DNA of 64,000 nucleotides, taken from assembly GCA_964016885.1 (NCBI GenBank), contig CAXHJY010000640.1, positions 1 to 64,000 of the forward strand, read 5' to 3'. Position 1 is the stretch's first letter. Each line of letters starts with the position of its first letter. The stretch is from Eledone cirrhosa. Its lineage: Eukaryota. Below the pieces are notes generated by a model, which saw only the letters and a list, made by a program, of their open reading frames with translations, did not search any database and was not told where the DNA came from. Of this stretch, positions 30,291 to 45,604 are shown piece after piece. A program made the position numbers and the translations under genes.

Positions 30291-33200
30291 TTAGGTAAGG
30301 CGGGTCTTCTCTATTACTGAGTACCGCCAAAGGTCTCGGTCCAGTGACATTGTCTTGGAGAGGTGTAAGCGTGTGAGGTCGGAATTTATCAGCTCGTCCC
30401 ATGTTTTTCTGGGTCTGCCTACTCCGTGGCTACCGTCTATCTTTATTGCCCTGCACTTTGTTATACAGCTGTCGTCTTTCATGCGCATCACGTGACCGTA
30501 CCAACGTAGCCTTCTCTCGAGTAAACAACATCTGATCCCTCTTATTTCTAATTTTTCCTTAGTTCGTTTATGCTTTGCCGTTCACGTATATTACTATTGC
30601 ACATCCAGCGGAGCATGCAAGCTTCGTTCCTCTCTAGTCTGCGTATATCCTCTGCACACAATGCCCAGGTCTCACTGCCATGCAGCATTGCTGTTCGAAT
30701 GCAGGCATCGTATAACCTGCCTTTCATTTTTAGGGAGAACCCTCTAGCGGCTAATAGTGGTATAAGCTCTCTGAACTTTTTCCATCCAGTTCTGACTCTA
30801 GCTACTGTACTTTCAGAGCACCCTCCCCCACTGCTGATTTTGTCACCCAGATAACGGAAGCTGTCCACTATTTCTATAGAACTCTCTGCGCAGTTGAAGG
30901 AGCTAGTATTTTGTGGGCACTTGCTGCTACTTATTGCACCAGAGCACCGGCCACATGTAAAATCTATGTTCTTAGTTAGCTTACCTGTGATCCCACTACA
31001 TGTTTTATGCACCCATACTTTGCATTTGGGACATACAATGGAGTTTCTACCTACGCCTTTCCTACACACTGAGCATGGCCATTTCCCCGATGGGACCGCC
31101 GCCTTATTTTCTTTCCTACAAACTAGAACTTTAGTCTTAGCCAGGTTAATTTTAAGGCCTTTTGATTCTAGGCCGTGCTTCCACGTTTGGAATTTCTTCT
31201 CTAGTTCGGTCATTGATTCAGCTATGAGCGTTAGATCATCTGCGTATAGGAGTTCCCATGGGCAGCCGGTCTTGAACTCCTCTGTTATAGCCTGAAGGGC
31301 AATAATAAATAGTAGGGGGCTAAGTACAGAGCCCTGATGGACACCAACTTTTACGCTAAACTCTTCACTATATTCGTTGTTAATTCTAACCTTACTGACT
31401 GTTTCTTTATACATGGCTTGTATAGCTCTCACAAGCCATTCGTCAACACCTAGTTTTCTAAGAGACCACCAGATAATGGAACGGGGGACTCTGTCGAAGG
31501 CTTTCTCCAAGTCGACAAAAGCTAAGTATAGGGGTTTACTTTTAGCTAGGTACTTCTCCTGTAGTTGTCGTACAATGAAAAGAGCGTCTGTGGTACTTTT
31601 GCCTGACACAAACCCGAACTGCATTTCATCTAGATCAATTCTCTCTCTGATTAGTTGCGCTATTACTTTTTCCGTGACCTTCATGACCTGGTCGATTAAT
31701 TTAATGCCTCTATAGTTACTCCTATCTAGGGCATCTCCTTTTCCCTTATAGCAGTTAACGATGATGCTGCTACGCCATTCCTTCGGAACAACCCCATTCT
31801 GTACGACTTGGTTAACTATCCGGGTGACCATGGTGTGTCCCACCGAACCAGATGCCTTCAGCATCTCAGCAACTATTTCCGAAGGCCCAGCCGCCTTACC
31901 CGTCTTCATATCTTTGATTGCCTTACTTATTATACTACCTTCAACTAACACTGCTGGTCCCTCTATTGGATCGATCTGGGGGAGACTGTCTTTCTCCCAT
32001 TTGTTCTCCTCATTTAGAAGCCTTTCGTAGTGACACTTCCAAGCTACCTTCTTATCAGCGTCGGTGATGGCAAGTATGCCATCATCGTTAAGTACACACT
32101 TCTCCCCGACAATATCACGGTTTTCCTTGACACATTGCCTTGCAATCCTGAACACCTCACGTTTTTGGTCCTCACGTTGTAGAACATGCTTGAACTTTCT
32201 TTCCTCTGCTTCCCTTCTTGCGAAGTACACTTGTCTCCTAGCTTCCCTCCTGGCCACTTGATAGTCTTCTCTACTTCCCCCATCCCGCCATACTTTCCAA
32301 GCCTGCTTTTTGGCCTTAATTGACTCCTCCACCTTACTGTTCCACCACCATGTTACTCTCCTCCTACCTACAGGCCTGCTCCAGCCACAGACTTCGTCTG
32401 CCGCCGTCAGCAGGTTTGCTCTCAGGAATTCCCACTGTTCCTCTATATTATACGACTCTAATTGCTCTTCCTTACTGTCGAAAGCGTCAAGTAATTTGCT
32501 TTGAAATTTATTTCTGGCTATGGGGTCCTTTAGCTTCCATATTTTTCTCCTGAGGATAGTCCTCTTTCGCTGTCTAGTACGTCTCGTCCTGACTATGAGG
32601 TCGCTAATTATCAGTCTATGTTGGGAGGTGAATTCTTCATGGGGGTGGGATTTAGTGTTAACAACAGACACTCTGTCACGTCTTCTGGTAAGGATATAAT
32701 CTACCTGGCTTGTGTGTTCCCCCGATCTATAGGTGATCAAGTGATTGTCTCGTTTTTTGAAGTTAGTGTTACAGATAGTTAAGTTATTTGCGTCGCAGAA
32801 TTCCAGGATTCTGGAGCCTTCCTCATTTCTAGTACCGAACCCATAGCCTCCATGGATTCCGTCATAGCCGTCACAATGTTGTCCAACGTGACCATTTAGG
32901 TCGCCTGCAATAACTATATAGTCACTGTCGGTTATTTGGGAGGTAGCGAGCATCAGTGTCTCGTAGAATCTGTCTTTTATAGCGCGGGGCTGTCCGGATT
33001 GGGGTGCGTACGCAGATATTACTGTCACCGTAGTTTTATTGAGGACAAGTCTTATTTTAATTATTCTGTCGTTCACTCTATTTACGTCTATTATCTTATC
33101 TGCCCACTTTTCTGCTACCATGATTCCTACCCCACCCAACCCATTGTCATTTCCCACCCAGAAAAGCTTATAGCATCGCTCTTTACCCACGATGAATCTA

Positions 33201-33310
33201 GCCGACCCTCCCCTCCACCTGGTCTCTTGAATACAACAAACATCGACCTCCTTACGTTCAAGCATTTCTACAACCTCGTTAGAGCGACCCTTTAAGGTGC
33301 CTACATTCAT
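30291..33310 (-). pseudogene. RTE ORF2 (APE + RT + PHD-type finger), intact except one 1-bp frameshift near the C-terminus
   Basis: 920 uninterrupted codons from MNVGTLKG. The A-run at ~30552-30556 is one base shorter than in A1/A2/A7; the remainder continues in 30291-30550. This could be a homopolymer sequencing error. Confidence 0.93.
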
Positions 33311-33665
33311 GGTACCAACTCTGAAGTTTTGGATTGCGTTTGGAGGGTGGGATCGGTGGGGCGCGGGGGGGGGATGGGGTTATGTTAGCCATCCTGGGCC
33401 GAAACAAGGAGGAGTGCTTGCATTCTCGTCCACGAGGTGAATTTGTCTTTATCTTTGGCATTGTCGCTGAGCGTCCACATTTTTCTCTCTTCAACTCTCC
33501 AGAATTCCGTAGTCCATCCATCATATCGAAAAGCAACCAGTTAAGCGATAGTATGGGCCTGACTTATGATTGGTCCACGTAATAATGGTGGTGCGTGGGG
33601 GCGGGAGGGAGGGATGATGGGTTGTTAGCGAGAATGTAAGGTTTAAGATAAGATCGCCGTATTTT

Positions 33666-34139
33666 GGGCATGATTTAACAATAAACGAAAATACAAGATT
33701 TGTTTTGTTTAAGAAATTACGATAGAGAAAATGCGGTGATAGGGGAAGTATGATTTTTAGAGAAAAGATATGATATATAATGGTGAAAATATGATATAGT
33801 GTGAAATTAGGACATAGAAGTGATTGAATGAATGGGTTCGGATGGAGAGAAGAATCGAGAAAGAAATTGGGCATAATTTAACAATAAACGAAAATACAAG
33901 ATTTGTTTTGTTTAAGAAATTACGATAGAGAAAATGCGGTGATAGGGGAAGTATGATTTTTAGAGAAAAGATATGATATATAATGGTGAAAATATGATAT
34001 AGTGTGAAATTAGGACATAGAAGTGATTGAATGAATGGGTTCGGATGGAGAGAAGAATCGAGAAAGAAATTGGGCATAATTTAACAATAAACGAAAATAC
34101 AAGATTTGTTTTGTTTAAGAAATTACGATAGAGAAAATG
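33666..34139. repeat. 203-bp tandem repeat, ~2.3 copies
   Basis: GGGCAT(G/A)ATTTAACAATAAACG starts at 33666, 33869 and 34072. Confidence 0.97.
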
Positions 34140-34158
34140 TGTATATATATATATATAT

Positions 34159-34253
<95 letters not shown>

Positions 34254-34257
34254 TATA

Positions 34258-37649
<3,392 letters not shown>

Positions 37650-37732
37650 AAAAAGGGATGAAATCGAAAATGCAACTGAAGTCTTATTTTTTTTTTTTTT
37701 TTTTTTTTCTAAATATATATATTCATTTGGTT

Positions 37733-37770
37733 CCTTTACCGGTTTCGCAGTTCTTCTGCTTTTCAAAAGG
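37733..37770 (-). ncRNA. Minimal type-I hammerhead ribozyme, U3-A8 core variant
   Basis: CCTT-TTGAAAA-GCAG AAGAA CTGC-GAAA-CCGG-TA-AAGG; same strand as, and downstream of, the PLE ORF. Confidence 0.78.
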
Positions 37771-38269
37771 TGAGTTGAGATGGAGGGTCTGTGGTTTTTC
37801 TCACATCTGGTTGGTCTCTAAATGTTACTTGTTTTATATGGAAAAAGTGGCTCGAAAACCAGGTTTTTCGAGAAGTAATTTGATTGGTTTGTCAATAATT
37901 ATAATAAATTTCGCGCCAGTTCGCGTTACAATAGTTCTTCAAATAAGAGAGGGGGGGGGGGTTGTCACAGGTTGTTTTTTCATATATGAGTGTTTGAATT
38001 TCTTTTTACTTGAAAAAATGAGGCTCACAAAGGCTTTTTTTGGTTGGTTATAAATGAAATTTGGCTGTCACATGAACAAGTTTTCATTACATATTTGCGC
38101 CCTTATTTGGAAAACTATTCTGTAGTCTTTATAGTGAATGTTATGACAATGGAGAGATAGTGGTCAAGGGAAAAGGGATTGGGAGAAATGTTCTGGTTCA
38201 GTGAATATGGCCAGGTGTCAGAGTTCAGATTTTCTATTGAGACTGAAGATATGTGTTTATTTGTGTGCT

Positions 38270-38302
<33 letters not shown>

Positions 38303-38795
38303 ATGTGTGTATTGGAAGATGATTCTATTAGTAGAGATGGGGGAGGGAGTTGTGTGTGTGTGTATATGGGTGTTATGTGTGTGTGTGCGAGTATGTTAGA
38401 TAGAGAGAATATATATTTTTTGTGTGTGTGTATATATATATGTGTGTAGGAAAGTGGTTCTATTAGTAGAAATGGGGAGGGTGTTGTGGGTGTGAGGGGG
38501 TTGTTATGTGTGTGTATGGGTGTTATGTGTGTGGGAGTATGTTTAGCATGTTAAGATGAAGAGAATATATATATATATATATATATTTTGTGTGTGTGTA
38601 TGTGTGTGTGTAGGAAAATGATTCCTTTAGTAGGAATATTTTTGAATGAACATATTTTCCTGACTTTTTCGTGTTTGCTGTTGTATTGCCAGTGCAAACG
38701 TATGTTTAAGGTTTATTTAGTTCGGGTTTTTATTTTCTAAAGTAGGTGTTATGTGTGTGTGTGTATGTCATATTGTGGTGTTGACATAATGTATA

Positions 38796-40094
38796 TTAAA
38801 CCTTATTTAATGTTGGTCTATATTTTTGAATAAACATATTTTCCTTATTTATTCGCATTTGTTCTGTTGTATTGTTAGCGCAAAGGTAAAATGGGAAGAC
38901 TTGGAATTTGGGTGTCTTATTACTTGCGCAAATGTCTAGATATGCACTTAGTGGTATTTGTCTCGTGGTTGGATCTCGTAATTGTTGGTGATGAACTGTC
39001 ATTCTGTTTCTGAGTGTGAGTTTAGTTTGTCCTATATAATCTTCATTGCATCCTCTACATTTAATGGCATAAATTAGATTTTTTGATGAGCAAGTGAAGT
39101 GATTTTTTACAGTAAAATTTTGTCCTGATTTAAATGTATACGTGTTGCCTTCAATGAGGTGAGTGCAGGTTCCACAATTAGAGCGACCACATTTTTTGAT
39201 ACTTGGTTGTGGGTTTGTGGTAGGTAATTTGGCATTGGTGAGTAATGTTTTCAGTGATTTTGGTTGTCTTTTGCTTTTGATTATTTTGTGTGTTTCAAGG
39301 GCTTTTTTCATTCTTGGGTTTTGTTTTAGTAGTGGGATGTTATTGTGAATAGTGTTGTAAGCTTCCGCATTTCTTGGGTTGTGTGTTGAGATATATGATA
39401 GAATATTGGACGTACCTTGAATTTGTTTCTGTTTCCGTAATTCATCAATGCCTATTGCTTTAGCCCTTTCTATTCCATTATTTATTAGTAATAGTGGGTA
39501 CTCTCTCTCAAGTAGAATTTCCTTTAATTCTTGAAGTCTTTTATTTCGCGTTTCATAATTGGAGACAATTGTGCAAATTCTTCTTGCTAGGTTAAAAGGA
39601 ATGTTCGTCTTCGTGTGCTTTGGATGGTTGGAGGTGAATAGCAGATATTGTTTGGAATCTGTTGGTTTGTAGTGTATGTCAGTTTCGATATTTGTGTCTT
39701 TTTTTGTGATTAAGATGTCCAGAAATGGGAGTTGATCTTGGCTGTATTCCATTGTGAATTGGATGTTGTTATTGATGCCGTTTATTAAGTTTTTGAAATC
39801 CTTCAGTTGGTCGAGTGTGTGGGACCAAAGAATGAGGCAATCATCCAAGTAGCGTTTCCAATTCTCTGATAAATATTTGTGGAAGTTCAATCCGTATTTT
39901 GATTTGAACTGTTCATATATATGGACTTCTAAGTATGCCATGACTAAGTTGGCATAAGTTGGAGCGGCTTTTGTGCCCATCGCAGTCCCCGATATTTGCT
40001 TGTAAGTACTGCCATCGAAATCAAAAAAGTTGTTCTGTAGGATGAATTTTAATGCCTCGGTGATGAAGCTTTTTTCTATTCTGTCAGGTATCTC
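38796..40094 (-). CDS. Partial PLE polyprotein: RT C-half, Cys linker and GIY-YIG endonuclease
   Basis: [35 protein letters not shown]...[29 protein letters not shown]...R...H and KE..FI..Y.P.LN; no internal stops. The track's start at 40208 is a microsatellite artefact. Confidence 0.93.
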   Translation of the reverse strand, partial: EIPDRIEKSFITEALKFILQNNFFDFDGSTYKQISGTAMGTKAAPTYANLVMAYLEVHIYEQFKSKYGLNFHKYLSENWKRYLDDCLILWSHTLDQLKDFKNLINGINNNIQFTMEYSQDQLPFLDILITKKDTNIETDIHYKPTDSKQYLLFTSNHPKHTKTNIPFNLARRICTIVSNYETRNKRLQELKEILLEREYPLLLINNGIERAKAIGIDELRKQKQIQGTSNILSYISTHNPRNAEAYNTIHNNIPLLKQNPRMKKALETHKIIKSKRQPKSLKTLLTNAKLPTTNPQPSIKKCGRSNCGTCTHLIEGNTYTFKSGQNFTVKNHFTCSSKNLIYAIKCRGCNEDYIGQTKLTLRNRMTVHHQQLRDPTTRQIPLSAYLDICASNKTPKFQVFPFYLCANNTTEQMRINKENMFIQKYRPTLNKV

Positions 40095-40133
<39 letters not shown>

Positions 40134-40148
40134 CATATATATATATAC

Positions 40149-40181
<33 letters not shown>

Positions 40182-40187
40182 CATACA

Positions 40188-40252
<65 letters not shown>

Positions 40253-40254
<2 letters not shown>

Positions 40255-42418
40255 CATCATCATCATCATCACCGTTTTACGTCCGTTCTTCCACGCTAGC
40301 ATGGGTTAGACGGGTTGTCCTGTTGTGGGCAGTGTCTGGTCGGCTGACCATGCCTTGCTAATACAGGAACTGATCTGGCTTGATTTCTACAGCTGGATGC
40401 CCTTCCTAACACCAACCTCATTTACAGTGAGTGCTGGGTGCTTTTTCGTGGCGCCTACACGTCCACTTTACAGTGTGGGCTGGGTGCTTTTTTGCCGTGG
40501 CACCTCCACGACCACCTTGCGGTGGGGGGGGGGGGGGCATATTGTTTATATGCTTCAGCATGTACCCATGGGAGGTCGGGTACCCTGTATTACTGCGTGA
40601 CGCCAGAAGTCACGGTCGTGTGTCATTGACTTTGAGAGGTGTAGTTGGGTAAGGTCGGCTTTTATCACCTCATCCCAAGTCATCTTGGGTCTCCCCACTC
40701 CGCGGTTTCCATCAACTTCTAGTGCTCTGCACCTTTTTATGCAGCTGTAATCCTTCATACGCATCACATGTCCATACCAGCGTAACCGCCTCTCCTGCAC
40801 GCAGCATTTGATTCCTCTTACGCTCAGTCTCTCTCTCAATTCATTTATGCTTTGTCGTTCACGTATATTACTGTTACACATCCATCGGAGCATGCAGGCT
40901 TCGTTTCTCTCTAATCTACGTAAGTCTTCCACCTTCAGCGCCCAGGTCTCACTACCATGCAACATCGCTGTTCGGATACACGCATCATACAGTCTGCCTT
41001 TCATTCTGAGGGAGAAGCCTTTTGCAGCTAGCAGTGGTAGTAGTTCCCTAAACTTCTTCCATCCCGTTCTTAGCCTAGTTATTGTACTTTCTGAGCACCC
41101 ACCTCCGCTGCTAATTCAGTCACCTAGGTAGCAGAAGCTGTCTACTGTTTCTACAGGGCCCTCCCAGAGATTGGTGGTACTTGTTTCCTGTGGCTGTTTG
41201 CTTGCTGTTTCAGCACAGCTGCTGCATGTGAATCCTACATTCTTAATTAAGCTTCCTGAGATCCCGCTACATCTCTTGTGTACCCATTGTTTGCATTTGG
41301 GGCAGAGAATGGAGTTCCTACCTACACGTTTCCTACATACTGAGCAAGGCCATTTCCCTGAGGGGATCTGGGTTCTGTTTTCTCGTCTACTTATAAGGAC
41401 CTTAGTCTTTGTCATGTTGACTTTGAGGCCCTTTCTCTCTAGTCCCTGCTTTCAGGTTTGGAATTTATTCTCTAGTTCTACCATAGATTCAGCTATGAGT
41501 GCGAGGTCATCAGCATACAGGAGTTCCCATGGGCATCCGGTCTTAAACTCCTCCGTTATTGCCTGCAGGACTATGATGAACAGGAGAGGGCTAAGAACAG
41601 AGCCCTGGTGGACCCCAACCTGTACGCTAAATTCCTCGCTATACTCATTGCCAATTCTAACTTTGCTGACTGCTCCCCTATACATGGCTTGTACCGCTTT
41701 CACAAGCCATTCATCTACTCCTAGTTTTCTAAGAGCCCACCAGATTACTGCACGTGGAACTCTGTCAAAGGCTTTCTCAAGGTCGACAAATGCCAAGTAG
41801 AGTGGCTTACTTTTAGCTAGGTACTTTTCCTGTAATTGCCTCACAAGGAAGAAGGCATCAGTGGTGCCTTTCCCTGGTACAAACCCAAATTGCATCTCGT
41901 CTATATTCACCCGGTCCCTAATCAGCTGTGCTATAACTCTTTCTGTTACTTTCATAACCTGGTCCATCAACTTTATACCTCTATAGTTTCCTCTATCTAG
42001 TGCATCGCCTTTACCTTTGTAGCAGTTGACAATGATGCTACTGCACCAATCTTTTGGTATGGCCCCCTCTAGTATTACCTGGTTAACGATACGTGTGGTT
42101 ATAGTGTGACCTACAGACCCAGATGCCTTCAGCATCTCGGCAGCTATACCCGATGGACCGGTTGCCTTCCCTATCTTCATATCTCTGATTGCCTTACTTA
42201 CTACGCTGCCGCTGACTTGTACTGCTGGTCCCTCTATAGGGTCTACGTGGGGTAGGGTCTCTTCTTCCCATGCATTCTCCTCATTTAGTAATCTATCATA
42301 ATGACTCTTCCATGCATCTTTCTTCTCAGCACTTGTGAGGGCAAGCTCACCTTTATCATTCCGGATACACTTCTCTCCAATGACATCACAACTATCTCTG
42401 ACACACTGCCTCGCAATC
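40253..42418 (-). mobile_element. RTE family B, 5'-truncated copy B3
   Basis: Reverse-complement near-copy of B2, with TGA stops at ~41452 and ~41116 and a (CAT)n tail. Confidence 0.94.
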
Positions 42419-42800
42419 AGGTAGCAGGTCCGGCAGAAATTAGAATTTGGATTTAATGCTCTGAAATAGCGATATATATGTGAAGACAAACATAGAATAT
42501 TAGAAAATATTCTGTATGTTTATAATAAACATTTTGAAGACCCAATGCCGGACCGGCTACCGCTCTTTCAAACCAGTTCCTAGTATTCTATAAGTCTCTT
42601 GCTGTGTCGTTCTCGATAAAAGCATTGGATATGTAATCCTGATGATTTCTAATAAGAATGAAACGCGTAGATTACTTCCCTTGTTTTTATCGAGAATCTT
42701 AAATTGTAATACGTGACGTATTCTATTCTATAGCGATTGGGTCTTCAAAATGTTTATTATAAACATACAGAATATTTTCGAATATTCTATGTTTGTCTTC

Positions 42801-42808
<8 letters not shown>
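42419..42808. mobile_element. Rearranged Penelope-like pLTR fragment with nested inversion
   Basis: 42481-42546 is inverted at 42736-42801, and 42420-42435 is inverted at 42546-42561; contains a hammerhead motif. Confidence 0.72.
42633..42675 (+). ncRNA. Minimal type-I hammerhead ribozyme motif
   Basis: GTAATC-CTGATGA-T TTCT AATA AGAA T-GAAA-CGCG-TA-GATTAC, with a 15-bp distal stem I extension 42610-42624/42682-42696. Confidence 0.82.
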
Positions 42809-42840
<32 letters not shown>

Positions 42841-42846
42841 GTGTAT

Positions 42847-43467
42847 GTAATATACGTGAACGACAAAGCATAAATGAATTGAGAGAGAGACTGAGCATAA
42901 GAGGAATCAAATGCTGCGTGCAGGAGAGGCGGTTACGCTGGTATGGACATGTGATGCGTATGAAGGATGACAGCTGCATAAAAAGGTGCAGAGCACTAGA
43001 AGTTGATGGAAACCGCGGAGTGGGGAGACCCAAGATGACTTGGGATGAGGTGATAAAAGCCGACCTTACCCAACTACACCTCTCAAAGTCAATGACACAC
43101 GACCGTGACTTCTGGCGTCACGCAGTAATACAGGGTACCCGACCTCCCATGGGTACATGCTGAAGCATATAAACAATATGCCCCCCCCCCCCCACCGCAA
43201 GGTGGTCGTGGAGGTGCCACGGCAAAAAAGCACCCAGCCCACACTGTAAAGTGGACGTGTAGGCGCCACGAAAAAGCACCCAGCACTCACTGTAAATGAG
43301 GTTGGTGTTAGGAAGGGCATCCAGCTGTAGAAATCAAGCCAGATCAGTTCCTGTATGAGCAAGGCATGGTCAGCCGACCAGACACTGCCCACAACAGGAC
43401 AACCCGTCTAACCCATGCTAGCGTGGAAGAACGGACGTAAAACGGTGATGATGATGATGATGATGAT
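42847..43467 (+). mobile_element. RTE family B, short 3' copy B4
   Basis: [11 protein letters not shown]...RPPMGTC*, followed by the 3' UTR and (ATG)n. Confidence 0.94.
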
Positions 43468-43491
43468 ATATATATATGTGTATATATATAT

Positions 43492-43535
<44 letters not shown>

Positions 43536-43658
43536 GTGTATATATATATATATGTGTATATATATATATATGTGTATATATATATATATATGTGTATATA
43601 TATATATATATGTGTATATATATATATGTGTATATATATATATGTGTATATATATATA

Positions 43659-43691
<33 letters not shown>

Positions 43692-43692
<1 letters not shown>

Positions 43693-45470
43693 AGAGTAAT
43701 AGCGCAACTAATCAGAGAGAGAATTGACCTAGATGAAATGCAGTTCGGGTTTGTGTCAGGCAAAAGTACCACAGACGCTCTTTTCATAGTACGACAACTA
43801 CAAGAGAAGTACCTAGCTAAAGGTAAACCCCTCTACTTAGCTTTTGTCGACTTGGAGAAAGCCTTCGACAGAGTCCCCCGCTCCATTATCTGGTGGGCTC
43901 TTAGAAAACTAGGCGTTGACGAATGGCTTGTGAGGGCTATACAAGCCATGTATAAAGAAACAGTCAGCAAGGTTAGAATTAACAACGAATATAGTGAAGA
44001 GTTTAGCGTAAAAGTCGGCGTCCATCAGGGCTCTGTTCTCAGTCCACTACTATTTATTATTGCCCTTCAGGCCATAACAGAGGAGTTCAAGACAGGCTGC
44101 CCATGGGAACTCCTATACGCAGACGACCTGACACTCATAGCGGAATCAATGGCCGAGCTAGAGAAGAAATTCCAAACATGGAAGCACGGCCTAGAGTCAA
44201 AAGGACTTAAAATTAACCTGGCTAAGACCAAAGTACTAGTTTGTAGGAAAGAAAACAAGGCGGCGGTCCCTTCTGGGAAATGGTCGTGCTCGGTGTGTAG
44301 GAAAGGCGTAGGTAGAAACTCCATTTTATGTCCTAAATGCAAAGTATGGGTGCATAAAAGATGTAGTGGGATCACAGGTAGGCTAACTAAGAACATAGAT
44401 TTTACATGTGGCCGGTGCTCTGGTGCAATAAGTAGCAGCAAGTGCCCACAAACTACTAGCTCTTTCAATTGCGCAGAGGGTTCTATAGAAATAGTGGACA
44501 GCTTCCGTTACCTGGGCGATAAAATCAGCAGTGGGGGAGGGTGCTCTGAAAGTACTGTAGCTAGAGTCAGAACTGGTTGGAAAAAGTTCAGAGAGCTTAT
44601 ACCACTATTAGCTGTTAAAGGGTTCTCACTAAAAATGAAAGGCAGGTTGTACGATGCCTGCATACGAACAGCAATGCTGCATGGCAGTGAGACCTGGGCA
44701 TTGTGTGCAGAGGATATACGCAGACTAGAGAGGAACGAAGCTTGCATGCTCCGCTGGATGTGTAACAGTAATATACGTGAACGGCAAAGCATAAACGAAC
44801 TAAGGAATAAATTAGAGATAAGAGGGATCAGATGTTGTTTACTCGAGAGAAGGCTACGTTGGTATGGACACGTGATGCGCATGAAAGTCGATAGCTGTAT
44901 AACAAAGTGCAGGGCAATAAAGATAGACGGTAGTCACGGAATAGGCAGACCTAGAAAAACCTGGGACGAGCTGATAAACTCCGACATCACACACTTACAC
45001 CTCTCCAAGACAATGTCACTGGACCGAGACCTTTGGCGGTACTCAGTAACAGAGAAGACCCGCCTTACCTAAATATATAGTAAAACCTACTCCAGCCAGT
45101 AGGCATCTCTAACAAATACACCCCGTCCCACCACCCCCACCCGATCCACACCACCCCGTTCTATGTAAAGTTATGTTGGTGCCGCGCCATCGAGGCCGAA
45201 ACAAATGAGATCGTGTAGGTGTCACGACAAAAAAACACACAGTCCACGCTGTAATGTGGCCGTGTAGGCAACACGGTAAAAACCTCCCAGACCCACACTG
45301 TAAATGTGGTTGGTGTTAGGAAGGGCATCCAACTGTAGAAAACCTGCCAGACAGTCCTATGCGAGCAAGACAATCACTCTTGCCTCAAGTGGGACTACCC
45401 CCGTCCAAACCCATGCAAGCGTGGAACACGGACGTTAAACGCTGATGATGATGATGATGATGATGATGAT
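43692..45470 (+). mobile_element. RTE family A, 5'-truncated copy A6 (partial ORF uninterrupted to 45072)
   Basis: [16 protein letters not shown]...EKTRLT*, followed by the 3' UTR and (ATG)n. Confidence 0.95.
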
Positions 45471-45604
45471 ATGTGTGTATATAAATATATATATATATAT
45501 GTACATATATATTTATATATATGTGCATATATATATATATATATGTGCATATATATATATGTGTGTATATATATATATGTGTATATATACATATGTGTAT
45601 ATAT

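Larger units (their letters stand above)
29800..34139 (-). mobile_element. RTE family A, near full-length copy A5 with tandem 5' monomers
   Basis: (CAT)n tail, 3' UTR with 112-bp duplication, 920-aa ORF, uORF and 203-bp 5' repeats. Confidence 0.95.
37647..40094 (-). mobile_element. Penelope-like element (probably Neptune group), 5'-truncated
   Basis: RT + GIY-YIG ORF followed by ~1.15 kb of 3' region containing (CA)n tracts and a hammerhead motif; TA arrays on both sides. Confidence 0.9.
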
